64,000 nt of DNA from Octopus sinensis. Lineage: Eukaryota. This document shows positions 1 to 12,054 of this stretch, piece after piece. The stretch lies in NCBI RefSeq assembly GCF_006345805.1, contig NC_042999.1, positions 88,412,001 through 88,476,000 of the forward strand, read 5' to 3'. Made by a program: the position numbers and the translations under genes. The stretch's first letter is position 1; each line of letters begins with the position of its first letter. The notes under the pieces are model-generated. The model was given only the letters and a program-made list of their open reading frames with translations. It was not told the origin of the DNA and made no database searches.

Positions 1-250
1 AGCCTCGGGCAGACTATAGCCTTGTGAGTGGATTTGGTAGACGGAAACTGAAAGAAGCCCGTCATATATATATATATGAGTGTATATTTGTATGTCTGAT
101 TCTGTCCCCCACTATCATTTGACAACCAATATTGGTGTGCTTATGTCCTTGTAATTTAGCGGTTCGGCATAAGGAACCGATAGAATAAGTACTAGGCTTA
201 CAAAAAGGTGGTGCTCCAGCATGGCTGCAATCAAATGACTGAAACAAGAA
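1..250 (+). mobile_element. Bipartite tRNA-derived SINE with internal (TA)n (family D), cut by the window start
   Basis: gtgagtggatttggtagacggaaactgaaagaagcccg + (TA)n + gacaacc..ttagcggttcggc..aatgactgaaacaag; same layout as the copy at 24744-25288. Confidence 0.75.
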
Positions 251-1515
251 TATATTTATGCATGTGTTCATGCATGTATATATCTTATTTTCAAGAGTCC
301 TGTAGTTTTAGCTAACATAATATTTCACATTTTCTAAACATAAATTCGTTTGTTTGCAGTGTTCTTTTATTATATTTGCGAAATATTTATTCCTGTTAAT
401 TACTAAAGTACTAATTTCTGTAACTTGATTTTGAATTATTTTTTTATTAATAACTTCATTTAATACAGCTTCTTTTTGTTAATCATTGTACAAGCAAACA
501 GTTAGTAACAGAATTCTCATTGCTTTTGGTTCCTGTCATTTTTTTTCCAGGGCTAATCACTATATTTTACTGAATTGGTATAAAGCTGTGAATTCCTGCT
601 AAGGTTACCTTTTCTTTGTTATTCACTGTTTGTTCTTTTACAACTGCATTTATTAAAAATACAAGCTCTCATATGAATGAAATATATTTAATATTGATAT
701 ATTTCTTTTTATAATTATTAGATTTTTCTCCACAAGTAAGGAATTGACTTCTAACACAAAAAGAAAAACAAGACACCATTACTGGAATTTGGTTAAGAAG
801 TTAACAGCAATGAGTATTATATGCAGGATTTGGAAAAGTGTTTCAGATTTTAATGTTCCCCTTATAAGTTGTGTTTGTAAAGTACATGCTAAATGGCCGC
901 AATATGTGCTCAAAATTTCTAGCTTTACCAGATGATTTTGATATTGGTTCATTTCATATCAAAAGATGATTACTGTTGGCTGAGTCATGTGATACACTTC
1001 TCATTGGTCTACTCAAAACGCTGTAAATAAAGTGGGTATTGAATTCGCTGTTTGGTAGAGCAAGAGTGTTATGTAACTGCGGTGGGATTGTTGTTTCATT
1101 AAATTCATACAAGGTAAGTCTAGGAGAGTACTGTGCATTAAAACCCAATTCAAATCCATTGTGGTGATGTGTGCATGTGAATGTAGTGTAAAGGAGGGAA
1201 TTGATGCATGAAAATGCAGAGAAAAAAATTAGGAGCATGCAGGTAAATATTCGGAAATCTCTACCATCAGAGTAAAAAATGGTCTTGGAAATATAACTAT
1301 AGAAATAATTGTTGCTCAAGAAATCTGTTATTTTCTTTTGATGAAAAATGGACAGAGATAAGAGGCTATAAGAAACAAAAAGGAAAGCAAAAAAGCCCTC
1401 TCTACTAATAAGAAAAAGAATGGACCTCAAGATAAGGCTAGAAAAATACATGTGGTAGAATCCGTTTTTGCCATGCTGGACTGAAGTTCACATTTTTCGC
1501 AAAAGACACGAAATA

Positions 1516-1737
1516 CAGTAATCCTTCAACTATCGCAGGTGTTACATTCCCAAAACCCATGCGATAGGTGAAAATCTGCGAAGTAGAAACAGTACTGTGC
1601 TGTTTATTTTTTTTTTATTATTTTCATAATTTGTAAATATTTATTTTATTATAAATGCAAAAAGACACCACGGAGGAATTAACAAGCTTAAATAATAAAC
1701 TGCGATAGGTGAACCGTGATATGGCAAGGGACTACTG
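1516..1737. mobile_element. pogo/Tigger-type MITE
   Basis: TA|cagtaatccttcaactatcgcag at left and gcaagggactactg|TA at right; imperfect TIRs, TA duplication on both sides, no ORF. Confidence 0.7.
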
Positions 1738-2349
1738 TATGAACTGACAGATGATGAAAGTACTACCATATGAACTGACAGATGTTGAAAGTACTAGTCA
1801 TGTGTTGACTGAAATCTAACCTTTCAAGCATCCGAGTGATAGGTTCCTTGTAAAATCATGCAACCAATGTATGAATTGCAATTTCTGTACATTATAATGA
1901 CGGGGATTTCATGCCCAGTCCAACAAAGTCACTCTTAGATATAATAATTTTAAGATCCAGCAAAATGAGAGTGTTGGATGATACGGTAATCCAATTTCAC
2001 CCTGGGGTGTTCACCCATGCGTGTATGTGGGCGGAGGTTACCCTACCTATTTTTCATGCACTTTTTAAACATTGTTTTACTTTTGTATGCTTTATATAAC
2101 TTTACATTTATTCTGTGTTTGATTTATCAGTTCTTTAGAAGGTTCTTTATTCGTATTCATATAATTTTGTCTTGTCCATCTTTCATATTTTGTAAGCCAC
2201 GATACTTTAATATGTATTCTTTTTATGAATTCTTGGCTGATAAAGAACAAAGAAATATTTTTTATTGGATTAAGAAATTACTATCCTTATTTGAACCCCA
2301 AAGGATGAAAGGTCAACTTCGCCTGTCATTCTTTTGTAGGTTAGTAAAT

Positions 2350-2790
2350 GAAGGTGAAGTGAACCCGTCAAGACAATTGGTCTAGGATCAGTATGGAGGC
2401 CAATTTTTTACCATATCAAACAAGACATTATCCACAAGATCCCAGACTTCATTCGCCCTCTGAGATGGAAGGAACCACATATTACGGTTGAGAGCAGAAG
2501 ACCTCGGTGCTACCTATGTATGGAGACTGGCCACTTGAAATATTTCTGCTCTTGACAGAAGATAGAATACCACAAGAGTCCCTTACTGCCAACACCAGGT
2601 GACCAAAAGTCACAATAACAAAACTATCAGCGACCAAGAGCAAAAGTGGTACCTGCCCCAGCAGCAACGGCAATAACAGAAGCACTAGCACCACCAGCAA
2701 CGCCAACACCAGCAGCAGATGCACCACAACCACCTTCGACAGTACAAAGAAAAATAACGGACATTGAAACACCTAGGGGCTCTCCCAACG

Positions 2791-2842
<52 letters not shown>

Positions 2843-3480
2843 CGTTTCTTCTAAACACAAACACAGCCTTTCACACAAACACAAATACACTTTCACCCGT
2901 ATCCGAAAGGGTTTCCACAGATACTTCTGCATCACGAAATGAAATGAAGGGAATTCCCAAAACCAAAGGAACTAAAACTAAAACACAAAAAAAACATCAT
3001 GCCTCAACCCAACATACACACCAAAAATAGAAAACTCACCCACTACAATCACAGACATATCTACACCAACACCAACTTTTCCAGCAACATAATCGTTAGC
3101 ACATCACCATTACCACAACAACAACAACTAATAGAAGAAAAGACACTCAACAAGAACAACAAACTACCCAAACACAAAACTTTGTGCTAGTGAGGAGGAC
3201 CAGTAAAGAATTGATGGCCCTCATAGCACGAAGTAAGGACATCAAGAGACAGAGTGTGATCTTCGGTACCAGCACCTTTCAAATGCCAGAAACACCGATG
3301 ATGGTACGTGTTCCACTGGAAACTTATATAAACATTAGGGAGAACCTTCCCACGACGTCGATCCCAAATTTGTGGTTTGGACGGTCAACTGAGACAGGAT
3401 CCATTGTCAGGGCCCCAGATAGTGTAAATTGAACATGTGCGTCAAGCTTTCAGAGACCGAGTTAGCAAGTTATTCTATCG
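2350..3480 (+). mobile_element. Decayed LINE ORF1 (L1/Tx1-like) with CCHC zinc knuckle
   Basis: Frame from 2415 reads IKQDIIHKIPDFIRPLRWKEPHITVESRRPRCYLCMETGHLKYFCS* (CX2CX4HX4C at 2508-2549), followed by a P/A/T-rich segment; interrupted by (CT)n at ~2793-2840; downstream boundary uncertain. Confidence 0.6.
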
Positions 3481-3589
3481 GAAGTTGTCGGGGGTATTTG
3501 TTAACAACCGATGGTGGAGACCCTAAAAGAGCGGCTATCAGTATAAAGGTTTAGAAAAGAAATAGCGTTAGAGGTGTCTAGAATATAGG

Positions 3590-4200
3590 GAAGCCTAGTT
3601 AGGAAGCTAGAAGCATAGTGACCGACATATTGGCGGCGCGATTGGTTCTTGATAAATTCTTCAATACTAAGTACACAGGTTGCGCTGCTAGAGCTTGGGC
3701 GCGTATTCTAAGATACGAGGGAACGAAAGCAGTTCGACGGGCCCGTTGGAGAAGGTGTATCTCCAGCGTTTCCTTGACGGTGAGCAGGTGCGGTCGCCGT
3801 TTGTCAGATAGGAGTTCCTGCAGTTCGTCTCATTAACGGACTTGCAATCCTTGATCAAGAGTAGACCGAGGCAGGGTGTTTGGCACTTTGAAAGCTGGCA
3901 GACGCTCACAGCCTTCCATCGGGCGGGTAATGCGGTGAGTTAAAGTTCCATCTTGGAGTTCTATAGGAGTGCAAGAGCGATAACGTTCTTGGGGAATATC
4001 TAGATATCAGGAGAGATCAATTAAACGATGGATAATTTCCAGAAATCCCTGACCTGGCAGTGCTGCCGGGGAGCTCTGCTAGTTTGAGATAAGCTCTACA
4101 GGCACAGAAGTGCTGTCAAACGGAACTGTTCGAGATGCGCGCAGAGCGATGAAACGTTCTGCATGCACTCGTCCAGTATCCGGCCATTAATGATTTGTGG
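3590..4200 (+). mobile_element. Decayed L1/Tx1 ORF2 C-terminus (RT-associated zinc-binding region)
   Basis: FQKSLTWQCCRGALLV*DKLYRH and NCSRCAQSDETVLHALVQYP (frameshifted) match the C-x2-C...H-x4-C motif at the end of L1-type ORF2; followed by (ATT)n. Confidence 0.6.
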
Positions 4201-4211
4201 AGCTTTGTCGA

Positions 4212-4253
<42 letters not shown>

Positions 4254-4259
4254 CCACTA

Positions 4260-4600
4260 CGTTCCAGTGAAACATTGGGGTTGATGTAATCGACTAACCC
4301 CCCTCTCCCTAAATTTCAGATCTTGTGCCTATAATGGAAAGGATTATTATTATTATTATTATTAACAAGACGGCCAGCTGGCAGAATCGTTAGCACACAG
4401 GCCAAAATGCTTGGCGGCATTTCGCCCCTACGCTACTTTCTGAGTTCAAATTCCGTAGAGATCGACTTTGTATTTAATCCTTTCGGGGTCGATAAACTAA
4501 GTAGCAGTGAAATACAGGAGTCGATGTAATCGACTAGCTCCCCCTCCCCCCAAATTTTGGGCTTCGTGCCTAGAGTAGAAACGATTATTATTATTATTAC

Positions 4601-4637
<37 letters not shown>
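4260..4637 (+). mobile_element. Two adjacent family-A tRNA-derived SINE copies with (ATT)n tails
   Basis: gctggcagaatcgttagc (A-box-like), ctgagttcaaattcc (B-box-like), tcctttcggggtcgataaa core, gatgtaatcgacta..tgtgccta..aaggattatt tail present twice. Confidence 0.8.
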
Positions 4638-4694
<57 letters not shown>

Positions 4695-4745
4695 GGTGAC
4701 GGTGGCGGTGGTGGCGGCGGCAGCAGCAGCAGCAGCAGCAGCAGT
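4584..4745. repeat. Compound trinucleotide microsatellite (ATT)(AGT)(GGT)(GGC)(AGC)
   Basis: Directly visible. Confidence 0.95.
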
Positions 4746-5000
4746 AGAATTTGCTGTTGTTGCAGTAGTGTTAGTGGAAGAAGAAGAGGATCAAGAAGAA
4801 AAGGAAGACGAGGTAACTTTTATTCTCATTTTACTTGTTTTTTTTTTTATATTTCTGTTTCAACATTTTTATATGAGGTTTTTAGGTATTCCTAATTTCT
4901 TAGCTTGCTTTTGATCGAATCGTTATCCAAGCAATTTTTTAAAAATGTTTCCTCAGGCAGATTCTTTGCTCAAATATGTGTCACGAAAATATTTTGAATC

Positions 5001-5001
5001 T

Positions 5002-5047
<46 letters not shown>

Positions 5048-5215
5048 GAGAGAGAGAGACAGAGAGAGAGAGACAGTGACAGGGAGACAGACAGACAGAC
5101 AGAGACAGAGAGAGACAGAGAGAGACAGACAGAGAGACAGAGAGACAGAGAGAGAGACAGAGAGAGACAGACAGACAGACAGAGAGAGAGAGAAAGAGAG
5201 AGAGGAGTGAGGGAG
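5001..5215. repeat. (GA)n/(GACA)n compound microsatellite
   Basis: Directly visible. Confidence 0.95.
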
Positions 5216-5386
5216 GGAGAATGGGGGATAATGTGGAAGGAAAGAAAATATCACCTATTACCAATGTTGCTATTGTTGTTATTGTTATTACTGCTGGTGA
5301 AGATGATGATGATGATGATGGTGATGATAATGAGAAGGAGAAGAAAGTAGTGGAGATAGAAGGGAATGACTATTTGAGAATTTAGT

Positions 5387-5417
<31 letters not shown>

Positions 5418-5609
5418 TATCATATTATATTATATATTTTTTATACATATACATATGTTATTTTTCCCTTGCGGGTTCTCCCTATTTTAGCAGTAAATAC
5501 CGAGTAAATGCACTGCACTTTCAGTATTGGGTTCATTTCCTAATTTCTTAGTTGTCTTGGAATTTACACCTACACTTCCGGCGTTGGAATCTTTATATGA
5601 TCACTCGAC

Positions 5610-5790
5610 CTGCAAGAATTAGCAACCTGTTCTGAAAAATGAGAGGAATTTTGGGTACTGTAGTTCCTATAAACGCAATGAGAAATGGTTGCGAATTTCA
5701 TAGATGGTGTGCCTATGATCATAGATCAACTCGTGCAGGGTGATTTAAGGGCAAAACCACGAGATTAACAACAACAACAACAACAACCGA
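5610..5790 (+). mobile_element. SINE-like repeat with (ACA)n tail (family E); related decayed copies at ~30980-31150(-), 41800-41900(-), 42070-42290(+), 50135-50300(-), 55880-56070(+), 61210-61380(+)
   Basis: Recurring tgatcactcgacc..gaaatagca..aaatctccctcaaat.. and cctttgatcatag..ggttaaacaacaac motifs. Confidence 0.55.
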
Positions 5791-6799
5791 TTCCACAATC
5801 TAAAGATCTTTTATGAAAAGGTTTGCTACTTTTTAAAAATTTGTTCCTTAAATTCTGAAGTAAACATCTTATTGGAATTGTGATAATTTTGTACGTGTTG
5901 AGAGATTTATATTGTTCCTTATATTTTCCTACAGATATATCGGATCTTATCTATCACGTTGGAAGAGATAGGAAATGAAAAAAAAAAAAAAAAAAAAAAA
6001 CTAGGTTCGATCTCATGTGAATATTTCTTTCAAGTTTTTAGAAGAAATAGAACAATTGTAATATTTCGCAAGTACTTATGCTATTAATTCCGCTGAGAGG
6101 ACAAAACAAAATCAGTCCCGATTGGATTTGAACGCAGAGTGAAAATTCCGCCGAATGGACATAACTAAACACAGCATGGGATTTAATGTTGCACGCTTCT
6201 ATTTCTGATATTCTACTTTCCTTTTATAATTGCATTAATGAAAACCTGAAGTTAACGTTATTAAGTTATTAACATTTTATTAAGGTTTTGTATGAAAATT
6301 AATAAATCTTCAAAGATTTACCCTGTTTCAACCAATTAATGGATTCATTAGAACAAAAGTCACTCTAGTTTGCCTTCCCATTTTCACCGTCATAACTATA
6401 ATGAAATCTTTTACAACGTGTAAACCAGAAAAAAAAATCCCCTTTCATAATGAAGCTTCACATTAAGCAAATAAAAGCCCATTCATGCTACTTGTGTTCT
6501 TGTTTATAATATTAAAGCCTATTATATCATTAGTTCAATGCAAATAACTTGGAAATTTAAGCCTTTAAAATTCAGTTTTAGGGAGTGTTGATACTGAAAA
6601 AATAAAGGAAAAATCTTTCATTCCTTTCTTGTCACTTCAATGGCTATTGGAAAGGTAACACACTCAAACATATATTTAAGTTCCTTCATTTATTTCTCCG
6701 TCAATCAGAGGAAGAAAGGCATCGTTCATGTTCTTTGTAGGCTCACTCAGAATTGTGAGTGATGAGTTGTGACGATGCAACTGAAGTTAAATGCGTTGT

Positions 6800-7250
6800 T
6801 TCTAGGGAAAAAGTGAAGAGGGGAAAATTCCAAAGAGACGCAATCCTGAGTACGAATGATTTCAAAAATTATATATGGTGTGGTGGAACATAATAGAGAA
6901 ACGGATGAGCAGCAGTGTGAGAGGTGCGTAACTAGATAATCTGTTTGGAGAAGTGGTCTTTGTAGTAGTAATGGAAGACAGAGAAGAAGAATGTATTTGT
7001 GAGAGGAAGATTATAAAATCATTTGAAGGTTAGAAAGCCCTGTTTTGGATACTGAACCATCGAAGATATTTGAACAGAATTCCAATATGTTTTAATCAAA
7101 TTTTTAGTTGTTCCGAAAATAATCAGAATTGAATTTTGTACTAAGTCTACCTAAGAATGGTATTCGCTATATAGTTTTGATAATGTTATATATGTAAGGA
7201 TTGGGTATGAAAACCTCATCAGGTATTATGAGGCATTTGTTGATATATTG
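6800..7250 (+). mobile_element. Heavily decayed CR1-like LINE 3' end
   Basis: Remnant peptides resembling CR1 RT C-terminus (KIIKSFEG; RIEFCTKST); weak. Confidence 0.3.
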
Positions 7251-7799
7251 GGAGATTTAATTGTGCTGCTCATGAATAGATAGACTGAGATATAAAACAT
7301 ATGTGTATTGATTGTGTATTTGTGTTGCTGAAAGAGTCAACAGTACTTTTGAGGCATCAGTTCATAGATCACTACTGATCAAGTGTGAAATATTTAGACA
7401 GCTCACAGATATAAGAAAAAAATTAAACAACCGGCCAACCGAGCTAAAATGTTTTCATGATACATACTGTCAAAATCTTTGCAAATAAGTGCAATAATCT
7501 TACTTTCTTCCAAGTCTCTAATAAACTGATGAGAAAGTTTAAGTCTCTGTTAGGTCTAAAAACTACTTATAGATAATGAAGGCATGCGTGTGTATTAGTG
7601 CGAGCGTGTGGGTATATTAGTACATGTGTGTGTGCATGTATAATTAGAGGAAGAGAGAGAGAGGGGAGAGAAAGAGAGAGAGAGAAACAGACAGACAGAC
7701 AAACAGATAGACAGACAGCTAGATAATGTTTGGAGTGGCATATAGCTAATGTTTCAAACTCTGTGTGTTCGGTTATATTTCAAAAGATCAACAGATGAA

Positions 7800-7955
7800 G
7801 AGTAAATGCGTTAGTATCTCTTATTGCCGTTCTGAGTTCAAATTCCACCGCGGTCGACTTCTCCTTTCATCCTTTCTGGGTCAATAAATTAAGTACCAGT
7901 TGAGTACTGAAGTCGAAGTAATTTCAGGCCTTGTGCCTACAGAAGGAGTATCTCT
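7800..7955 (+). mobile_element. Family-A SINE fragment (another decayed copy at ~17020-17160)
   Basis: ttctgagttcaaattccaccgcggtcgact..cctttcatcctttctgggtcaataaattaagtaccag. Confidence 0.75.
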
Positions 7956-8159
7956 TATTGCCTCCTGTATCGCCATTACGTCATTATGAATGTGACTAGC
8001 GTGAAGATAAATGGTTACGTTTTTTCAATACATCTTATAAATGTTACATTAGCACTGATCTCTGCTATTTAAGGAAAAATATTATGAACAGATTATTTTT
8101 AATGGAACACATCTGAGATGTATTAAATAACGTAATTATTTATCTATATACTTTTTATA

Positions 8160-8230
8160 TCAATCAGTCAGTCAATCAATCAATCAATCGATCCATCAAG
8201 CAATCAATCAATCGATCGATCCATCAATAA

Positions 8231-8302
<72 letters not shown>

Positions 8303-8342
8303 GTCTATCTATCTCTAATCCCTCTGTGTGTGTGTGTGTGTG
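8160..8342. repeat. (TCAA)/(TCTA)/(TG) compound microsatellite, probable RTE 3' tail
   Basis: Directly visible; abuts the 3' end of the minus-strand RTE ORF. Confidence 0.85.
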
Positions 8343-9061
8343 TATCACTCTAATAGACTATGAGATGTCCTTATCCATCATTGGTCAAAATGCTCTTCCA
8401 TTCTTCTGCTGACTGTGCCCTTTTCTTCCATTTGGGTCTGACGTTTTTGACTCTGTAGTGATCCTACAACGGCGCGCGCTCGCGCACCGTCCATTTGTAT
8501 TTCGCGCGTGTTGGGGCCTTTACCAAGGCAGAGAAAGGAAGGGCCCTCTCGCGCATGCGCGAACCACCGGAAGCACGACCCGCTTGCCTATCGTGGTAGT
8601 TAGCGAGGCAAGGGGGTCGTAGAACGTTTGACCACTAGCAGCAGTCATCGGGGACTTGGGACCCAGCGATTGAAGGCGGCGGTCACGCATATATTCTCTC
8701 CGGTTGATAGCAGCAGTCGGCCGAATGCCTTTAACCAAATTGTTGCCGACAACATTCAACTTCCCTGTTCGACGCCATCTTGACCCCTTTCTGGTTTAGC
8801 GGCTGGACATTGTAAATATTACAATCTATTAACTTTCAGCCTTGCGCGCCCAGAATCAAGGACATCAGATAACACACTTATTGTTATTGTTACCAAGAAA
8901 GAGAATAAAGTAGTTATATATATTTCACGTCTGCGTCTTGTTGTTTCTGACGGGCAGAGATTCTGGATTATTAAAGCAACGGCTAGTGAGAGTGATTGCC
9001 TTTCTTGTACCCCGAAAGTACAAGAAAGAGATATTCACATCACTCACTAAGTTCGTTTCAC

Positions 9062-9082
9062 TGGTGACCTCCCGACGTGATT
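9062..9082 (+). promoter_or_regulatory. Primer-binding site complementary to the tRNA-Trp 3' end
   Basis: TGGTGACC(TC)CCGACGTGATT versus the complement of eukaryotic tRNA-Trp 3' end, TGGTGACCCCGACGTGAT. Confidence 0.85.
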
Positions 9083-10595
9083 CTGGTCTAAAACCAGAGA
9101 TCACTTAACAACAAAAAAATCCAGTTTTTCTGCGAAGTCGGAACACGATTTAACTCTACACAATCATCTTTCGACGATTTGTTTCCGTCCTCTCGGACCG
9201 TTGTAGAAGGAGCCTCTTTCTTATTCTACAGCCATGATGACGAACGCCATCATATATTCGATGCCTTTTCTCCACCTTCGTCATCATCATCGTCGTCTTT
9301 CTACTTCACGTCGTCGCTATCTTCGTCGCCATCATCACTAAGAACGATGTTGTCTCAAGTCCACTACAGTCGCCTTCCACCACCACCGTCGCCTTTCAAC
9401 ACCGTCGACACAAGATGTACATAGCAACTCGCGGAAGTTTGGTCCACTTGCCGTTTGTGCATATGCACACCAAGGATTCACAGCACCGTCTATCTACGAG
9501 ATTCTTCTGTTCCAGTTAACCTGTCACAGCATCGAAGCCACAACCGTTACACGATATGTGTTCAACCGGCATCTGCATTTTGTGATTTCAACATTTCTGT
9601 TACAGAACGAACTGCTATTGTGCATCAGGCTATTATAGACTGGTAAACTAATTCCATTGTCTGGAATAGCCCGAGAGACATTTTTTCTATGCGCTGTATG
9701 TTTTTATATTTTGCTCGCATTCACCTTGTATGTATTTCTGTCGCACACACGTACACACACATAAATGCTCTCTCTCACATACATACGTCACACATGCTTT
9801 TCTCGCTTGTTTTTTCCATGCTAAATTTGCCTTTTGTGGACACCCCTCATTTCTATAGACCCTAGCGGTCACGTATACATAGAGAGCGTTGTTTGTCCAT
9901 TATAACGCGCCAGCATGTCATACCTTTGTTCCTGTACGAACGAGGCATATAATCGCTTAACCACTGGCATATTCTTGCTGTTTTTCGGTCTGGCAAGCAC
10001 TATTGCATTTCATGCGCCTTTTGCTCCGCACGTGTACTTGCCTTGTTTTTTGCAACACGTTTTGCGTTTAGCTTAGTTCTTTTCCCGACTCATAGGACGT
10101 CGGATGTTCAAATGCGCTGCGCCGATTTATAGGCGTAATTATTTTTCCCTGTTAGACCACTGTTGGTCACGTAATTAACAGAAAATTATCTGTGTCGCGC
10201 ATCACACCAGCGTGTTTGCACCTTTGCCTTTTGTGTTACTAGCGAGCTTCTGTCAATTCCATTTCCTCTCCTGCAGCAATTGATTTAACTGCTATTTTGC
10301 AGGATCAACTACCTTTAGAGAAGTTGGATTTTAATTTCGTTTAGGTTCATTAACTGTGAGTTTTTGCTTTCCCTCCGCTCCTTTCAGCGGAAGGGTTTAT
10401 ACTTTGTGACGTATACACTTTCATGCATGCACTCTTGATTTTTGCTCATTGAGTATTTTTTCTCTTTTTCCTTTAGTAAATTTCTTGTGTATGTTATAAA
10501 TTTTGCCATTATATTATTGTGTGCTATTTGGTTATCTGGTGTCCACCTTGAGTTTTGCAGTCACTACAATAAGTTTCCTTTCGTGCGTACGCACT

Positions 10596-10604
10596 GGAGG
10601 GGAG
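10596..10604 (+). promoter_or_regulatory. Polypurine tract
   Basis: ggaggggag two nt before the TG of the 3' LTR. Confidence 0.8.
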
Positions 10605-12054
10605 CCTGTAGTGATCCTACAACGGCGCGCGCTCGCGCACCGTCCATTTGTATTTCGCGCGTGTTGGTGCCTTTACCAAGGCAGAGAAAGGAAGGGCCCT
10701 CTCGCGCATGCGCGAACCACCGGAAGCACGACCCGCTTGCCTATCGTGGTAGTTAGCGAGGCAAGGGGGTCGTAGAACGTTTGACCACTAGCAGCAGTCA
10801 TCGGGGACTTGGGACCCAGCGATTGAAGGCGGCGGTCACGCATATATTCTCTCCGGTTGATAGCAGCAGTCGGCCGAATGCCTTTAACCAAATTGTTGCC
10901 GACCACATTCAACTTCCCTGTTCGACGCCATCTTGACCCCTTTCTGGTTTAGCGGCTGGACATTGTAAATATTACAATCTATTAACTTTCAGCCTTGCGC
11001 GCCCAGAATCAAGGACATCAGATAACACACTTATTGTTATTGTTACCAAGAAAGAGAATAAAGTAGTTATATATATTTCACGTCTGCGTCTTGTTGTTTC
11101 TGACGGGCAGAGATTCTGGATTATTAAAGCAACGGCTAGTGAGAGTGATTGCCTTTCTTGTACCCCGAAAGTACAAGAAAGAGATATTCACATCACTCAC
11201 TAAGTTCGTTACAACTCCGTTACCTACCCGTCATCTTGAAGATATTTCTAGTGGTCTCTTCCGATCTCTTAAATACCATTTGACAACCGCATTATCTCAC
11301 GTGTTGTTTGTAACTCTTGTTGCATACATGTCTGGCTCAGCAGAAATTGTGCTTTCGGTATTCCGTGATCACATCGTTCGCTTTATTCTATTCTCGACTT
11401 ACTTTGTTTCTGATATACTCTCGAAACGATATTCTTATCATGGATCTTTCCTAGGCTCCATGTGTCGTAGCTAGTCGTTGATTTCTTTCTTCTTAATAGC
11501 TCGTATCTCACTTGAAATAAAAACGCAGGTAGGGCGTTGCTATTAAAGAGATTGGTGCACAGGGTCTTGTCCAACTTTGCTTTGAGCATAACTTTAATCG
11601 AGGCAAATGCCTTTGACCCTGCTCTTCCTCTGCGCCTGATTTCAGTGTTCATGTTTCGACATAAATTTCGTGTTTGTCCCAAGGAGACGTATTTCTTCAC
11701 CACTTTATTTTCATTGCTCCCCAACACTATTTGACTTTATGCTATGCTTCCAGGCGGTTTATTTTGAGGTTTACGCTTTCAGATGCTTTATTTTGAGGTT
11801 TACGGCTGAACTCTGTAGGCTGAACTCTAGTGGGCAGCTGATCTGAGATTTCTCTAATGAGCACGATATCGTCTGCAAATTGGTAGTGTGCTCGTAGTTC
11901 GCTGTTGATGCTGATGACATCTTTCCTATTAATTCCTTTGATGTTTACTTCGAGGCAAGCGGTGAATAGTTTGGGAGAGATGTTATCACTTTATTTAACG
12001 TTCTTCTCAATGAGAACCCTTATAGATGGTAGCAGCAGAGATATATCAGTGGGA

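Larger units (their letters stand above)
8454..11213 (+). mobile_element. Non-autonomous LTR retrotransposon (Gypsy/CsRn1-like signals), 2760 bp
   Basis: LTRs 8454-9060 and 10607-11213 (607 bp each, TG..CA, 3 differences by eye); TSD ACTC at 8450-8453 and 11214-11217; PBS tggtgacctcccgacgtgat after the 5' LTR; PPT ggaggggag before the 3' LTR; no gag/pol ORF in the 1546-bp interior. Confidence 0.93.

Noticed and set aside
1060-1119. Host exon ending at AAG|GTAAGT (1113/1114)
   Set aside because: Good donor, but no convincing acceptor or recognisable peptide
1738-1799. 31-bp tandem duplication beside the Tigger-type MITE
   Set aside because: Two copies only; an ordinary local duplication
8454-9060. 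LTR retrozyme (hammerhead inside the LTR)
   Set aside because: No CUGANGA on either strand (closest are CTGACGG and CTGATGT); the GAAA at ~9014 is in a plain hairpin loop
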